Shown here one piece after another: positions 61,764 through 64,000 of a stretch of 64,000 nucleotides of DNA (positions are counted from its first letter, which is position 1; each line of letters opens with the position of its first letter). Below the pieces are notes generated by a model that was not told where the DNA came from, did no database searches, and was given only the letters and a program-made list of their open reading frames with translations. The stretch comes from a virus: positions 1-64,000 of the IMG/VR virus record IMGVR_UViG_3300009551_000003; one strand, 5' to 3'. The position numbers were made by a program, and so were the translations under genes.

Positions 61764-62132
61764 ATGACTGCCAAAGTAACATTCCCGCAACCAAACAACG
61801 CGTGGCTCTTGCTTGCCTTCCGATTCGGAACGCAAGGCGACACCTCATGGTCGTTCGTTGGCAAGCACTTCCTGTGCGACTTCAAAGCTGATCCCGGACA
61901 AGACGATGCCGACTTGGCGACCTCCTCGATCGGGAGCCCGCAAACCATCCTCGTGCTGGATACCGTCAATCGCATCCTGCAATTCAACCTGACGGATCAT
62001 CAGCTTCGTGCTGCGCTGGAGCCGGGGCCATACAGCTTCGATATGATCATGGTGGACGATGTTACGGGCGAGCGCGACGTGCTCATGACCGGCGTGATGA
62101 CGCTAACCCAAGGTGTCACGATCGAGGACTGA
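61764..62132 (+). CDS. Beta-sandwich adaptor-like structural protein
   Basis: LEPGPYSFDMIM...LMTGVMTLTQGVT pattern typical of fibre adaptor domains. Confidence 0.55.
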   Translation: MTAKVTFPQPNNAWLLLAFRFGTQGDTSWSFVGKHFLCDFKADPGQDDADLATSSIGSPQTILVLDTVNRILQFNLTDHQLRAALEPGPYSFDMIMVDDVTGERDVLMTGVMTLTQGVTIED

Positions 62133-62134
62133 AG

Positions 62135-62392
62135 ATGGCTTTTGAAGAGAACCCTTGGTCGGACGAATTTTGGAATCTGACGCAACAGGGTGCATACATC
62201 AAGCAGTTCGGTGTCGAAGTCGCGAAGACGAAAGCTCGTCAGGCTGGCACGAAGCTCTATGCCGCGCGTAAGACCGCTCCGAAGCCGGAGCTTCGTGTTC
62301 TCGTGCAGCGTCGCAACCTTGTCGTCGGCGGAGGTACAGTGGGCGGCCTCCCGGCTGATGCTCTTACGAGTGGCGACGGGCCTCCGACGTGA
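62135..62392 (+). CDS. Small protein with a scaffold-like NPWS..WNLT.QG motif, ending SGDGPPT
   Basis: ENPWSDEFWNLTQQGAYIKQFG aligns with the scaffold C-terminus. Confidence 0.75.
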   Translation: MAFEENPWSDEFWNLTQQGAYIKQFGVEVAKTKARQAGTKLYAARKTAPKPELRVLVQRRNLVVGGGTVGGLPADALTSGDGPPT

Positions 62393-63999
62393 GTGTATCC
62401 GCAGATAAATTCTATATTGATGATCTCACGGGCGACCTCTATCTGCACGAGAATGGCGCGTGGGCTCTAAAAGGGACTGTCAAAGCAGGCGGGGGAGGCG
62501 GCTCGGGTAGTGGACCTCCAGACGAGAGCACTGTAATTCCGGGAGGCGGCTCGACGGGCGAGGTGACTGGCCCATCCGTAGCTGTTGACGGGACACCAGC
62601 CGTTTTCAATGGCGTCAGTGGCAAAGTCATCAAGAACATTTCTTTTTCGGCTTTCAAAACATCGCTTGCGCTAACGCAATCCGATGTCGGTCTCGGCAAT
62701 GTCGATAACACATCCGATGCCAACAAGCCGGTCTCGACCGCAACGCAAGCTGAGTTCGCTTCGCTCACCAAAGCTAGTGTTGGTCTAGCCAATGTGGATA
62801 ACACGTCTGACACCGCTAAGCCGATCTCGACCGCGACGCAAACCGCGCTCGACGCGAAAGTAGCCGGGCCAGTCAGCGTCACTGATGGCCTGCCAGTCTT
62901 GTTCGACGGCGTGACTGGCAAGCTGATAAAGAGCGTGGCGTTCACAGACTTCAAGACCTCGCTGTCGCTTGTTAAGGCAGATGTCGGTCTCAGCAATGTG
63001 GACAACACGTCTGATGCAACCAAAAACGCTGCCTCTGTTGCATTGACCAACCACGCCTTCGATGCTTCGCTTAACACCTTGAGCAAGCTCGACACGACGA
63101 TGTTCGCTACGAACGTCATCGACACGGATGTTGCTCTTACCGCCAACAGCAATACGAGGTTGCCGACACAGGCCGCAGTCAAGGCGGCTATCAATGCGTT
63201 GCTCGGAGCTAACGACGCCGAAGTCTACAAGGGCGTGATCGACTGCTCAGTTAATCCGAACTATCCCGCCGCCGATGCGGGTTTCGTCTATCGGGTCAGC
63301 GTTGCCGGTAAGATTGGCGGCGCGAGCGGAATCAACGTCGAGGTTAGTGATCGCCTGCAATGTATCGTAGACGGGACTGCGGCCGGCAATCAAGCTACTG
63401 TCGGCGCGAATTGGTGGATCACACAAGCTAACATTGATGGCGCTGTTGTCGGTCCGGCAAGCGCGGTGGACGCTACGCCGGCCGTATACGATGGCACGAC
63501 CGGCAAGTTGATAAAGAATGTCAGCTACTCGACTTTTAAGACGAGTCTCGCACTTGTCAAAGGCGATGTCGGGCTCGGCAACGTTGTCAACCTAGACACC
63601 TCGACGCAAGCCAATGTGTCATTCACTGGCCTCAGTGCGGCGGCTGCGGCAGCCGACGCGGACACGATCCCTGTTAACCAAGGGGCCGGAAATCTCAAGC
63701 AAACGTTTACTGCGATCAAGACATGGATCAAAGGATGGATTGTCAAGGCTGACGTTGGCCTCGGCAATGTGGACAATACATCCGACGCTACGAAGAACTC
63801 GGCCGCCGTCACGCTAGCGAATAAGGTGATGGACTTTGCCAACAATACGATTTCGAACATCACGCTCGCGATGTTTGCTACCAATGTGGCTGATACGGAT
63901 GGGACGCTTGCGGCGAACAGTGACACTCGGGTCGCGACACAGAAAGCTACGAAGACCGCGATTGCTGCTTCAGTCAAGACAGTCGTTGCTTTTCGTGCT
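62389..63999 (+). CDS. Fibre protein with VGLGNVDNTSD repeats, runs off the window edge
   Basis: GTG start overlapping the previous stop; repeated DVGLGNVDNTSDA(N/T)K and GP...DG.P.VF.G..GK.IK units. Confidence 0.8.
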   Translation, partial: MSVSADKFYIDDLTGDLYLHENGAWALKGTVKAGGGGGSGSGPPDESTVIPGGGSTGEVTGPSVAVDGTPAVFNGVSGKVIKNISFSAFKTSLALTQSDVGLGNVDNTSDANKPVSTATQAEFASLTKASVGLANVDNTSDTAKPISTATQTALDAKVAGPVSVTDGLPVLFDGVTGKLIKSVAFTDFKTSLSLVKADVGLSNVDNTSDATKNAASVALTNHAFDASLNTLSKLDTTMFATNVIDTDVALTANSNTRLPTQAAVKAAINALLGANDAEVYKGVIDCSVNPNYPAADAGFVYRVSVAGKIGGASGINVEVSDRLQCIVDGTAAGNQATVGANWWITQANIDGAVVGPASAVDATPAVYDGTTGKLIKNVSYSTFKTSLALVKGDVGLGNVVNLDTSTQANVSFTGLSAAAAAADADTIPVNQGAGNLKQTFTAIKTWIKGWIVKADVGLGNVDNTSDATKNSAAVTLANKVMDFANNTISNITLAMFATNVADTDGTLAANSDTRVATQKATKTAIAASVKTVVAFRA

Positions 64000-64000
64000 G

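Noticed and set aside
1-63999. Prophage boundary, integrase, reverse transcriptase/DGR, intron or alternative genetic code
   Set aside because: No such genes or att sites were recognised, core genes are uninterrupted in the standard code, and no suppressor tRNA is present.

Overview
A 64-kb segment of a tailed dsDNA phage. The host is almost certainly an alphaproteobacterium, given a GapR/DUF2312 gene, recurrent TTGAC-N16-GCTA promoters and a CtrA-type TTAA-N7-TTAA box. No integrase or host genes were seen. Layout: (1) a primase-polymerase/SF3 helicase and GapR at the left end; (2) two divergent arms of short accessory ORFs around a ~1-kb noncoding iteron/IHF region (22.5-23.6 kb); (3) RtcB plus 8 tRNA or tRNA-like genes; (4) a late region with terminase, portal, head-associated proteins, scaffold, a beta-helix spike and a fibre. 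The most striking feature is an array of 12 genes (42.4-47.7 kb) just upstream of the terminase. Their products share an N-terminal MKDAKGHGS leader, conserved at the peptide level, fused to unrelated cargo domains. Several also carry a second ALASGPKSAPxPxH module. This is a candidate virion-loading or targeting-tag system. Other leads: four highly structured intergenic RNAs, a tRNA-Ala with a tmRNA-type T-loop, a fibre motif split at the same residue across two gene pairs, and an ADP-ribosyltransferase-like protein whose motifs are out of order. Family assignments are from motif recognition by eye; no database search was run.
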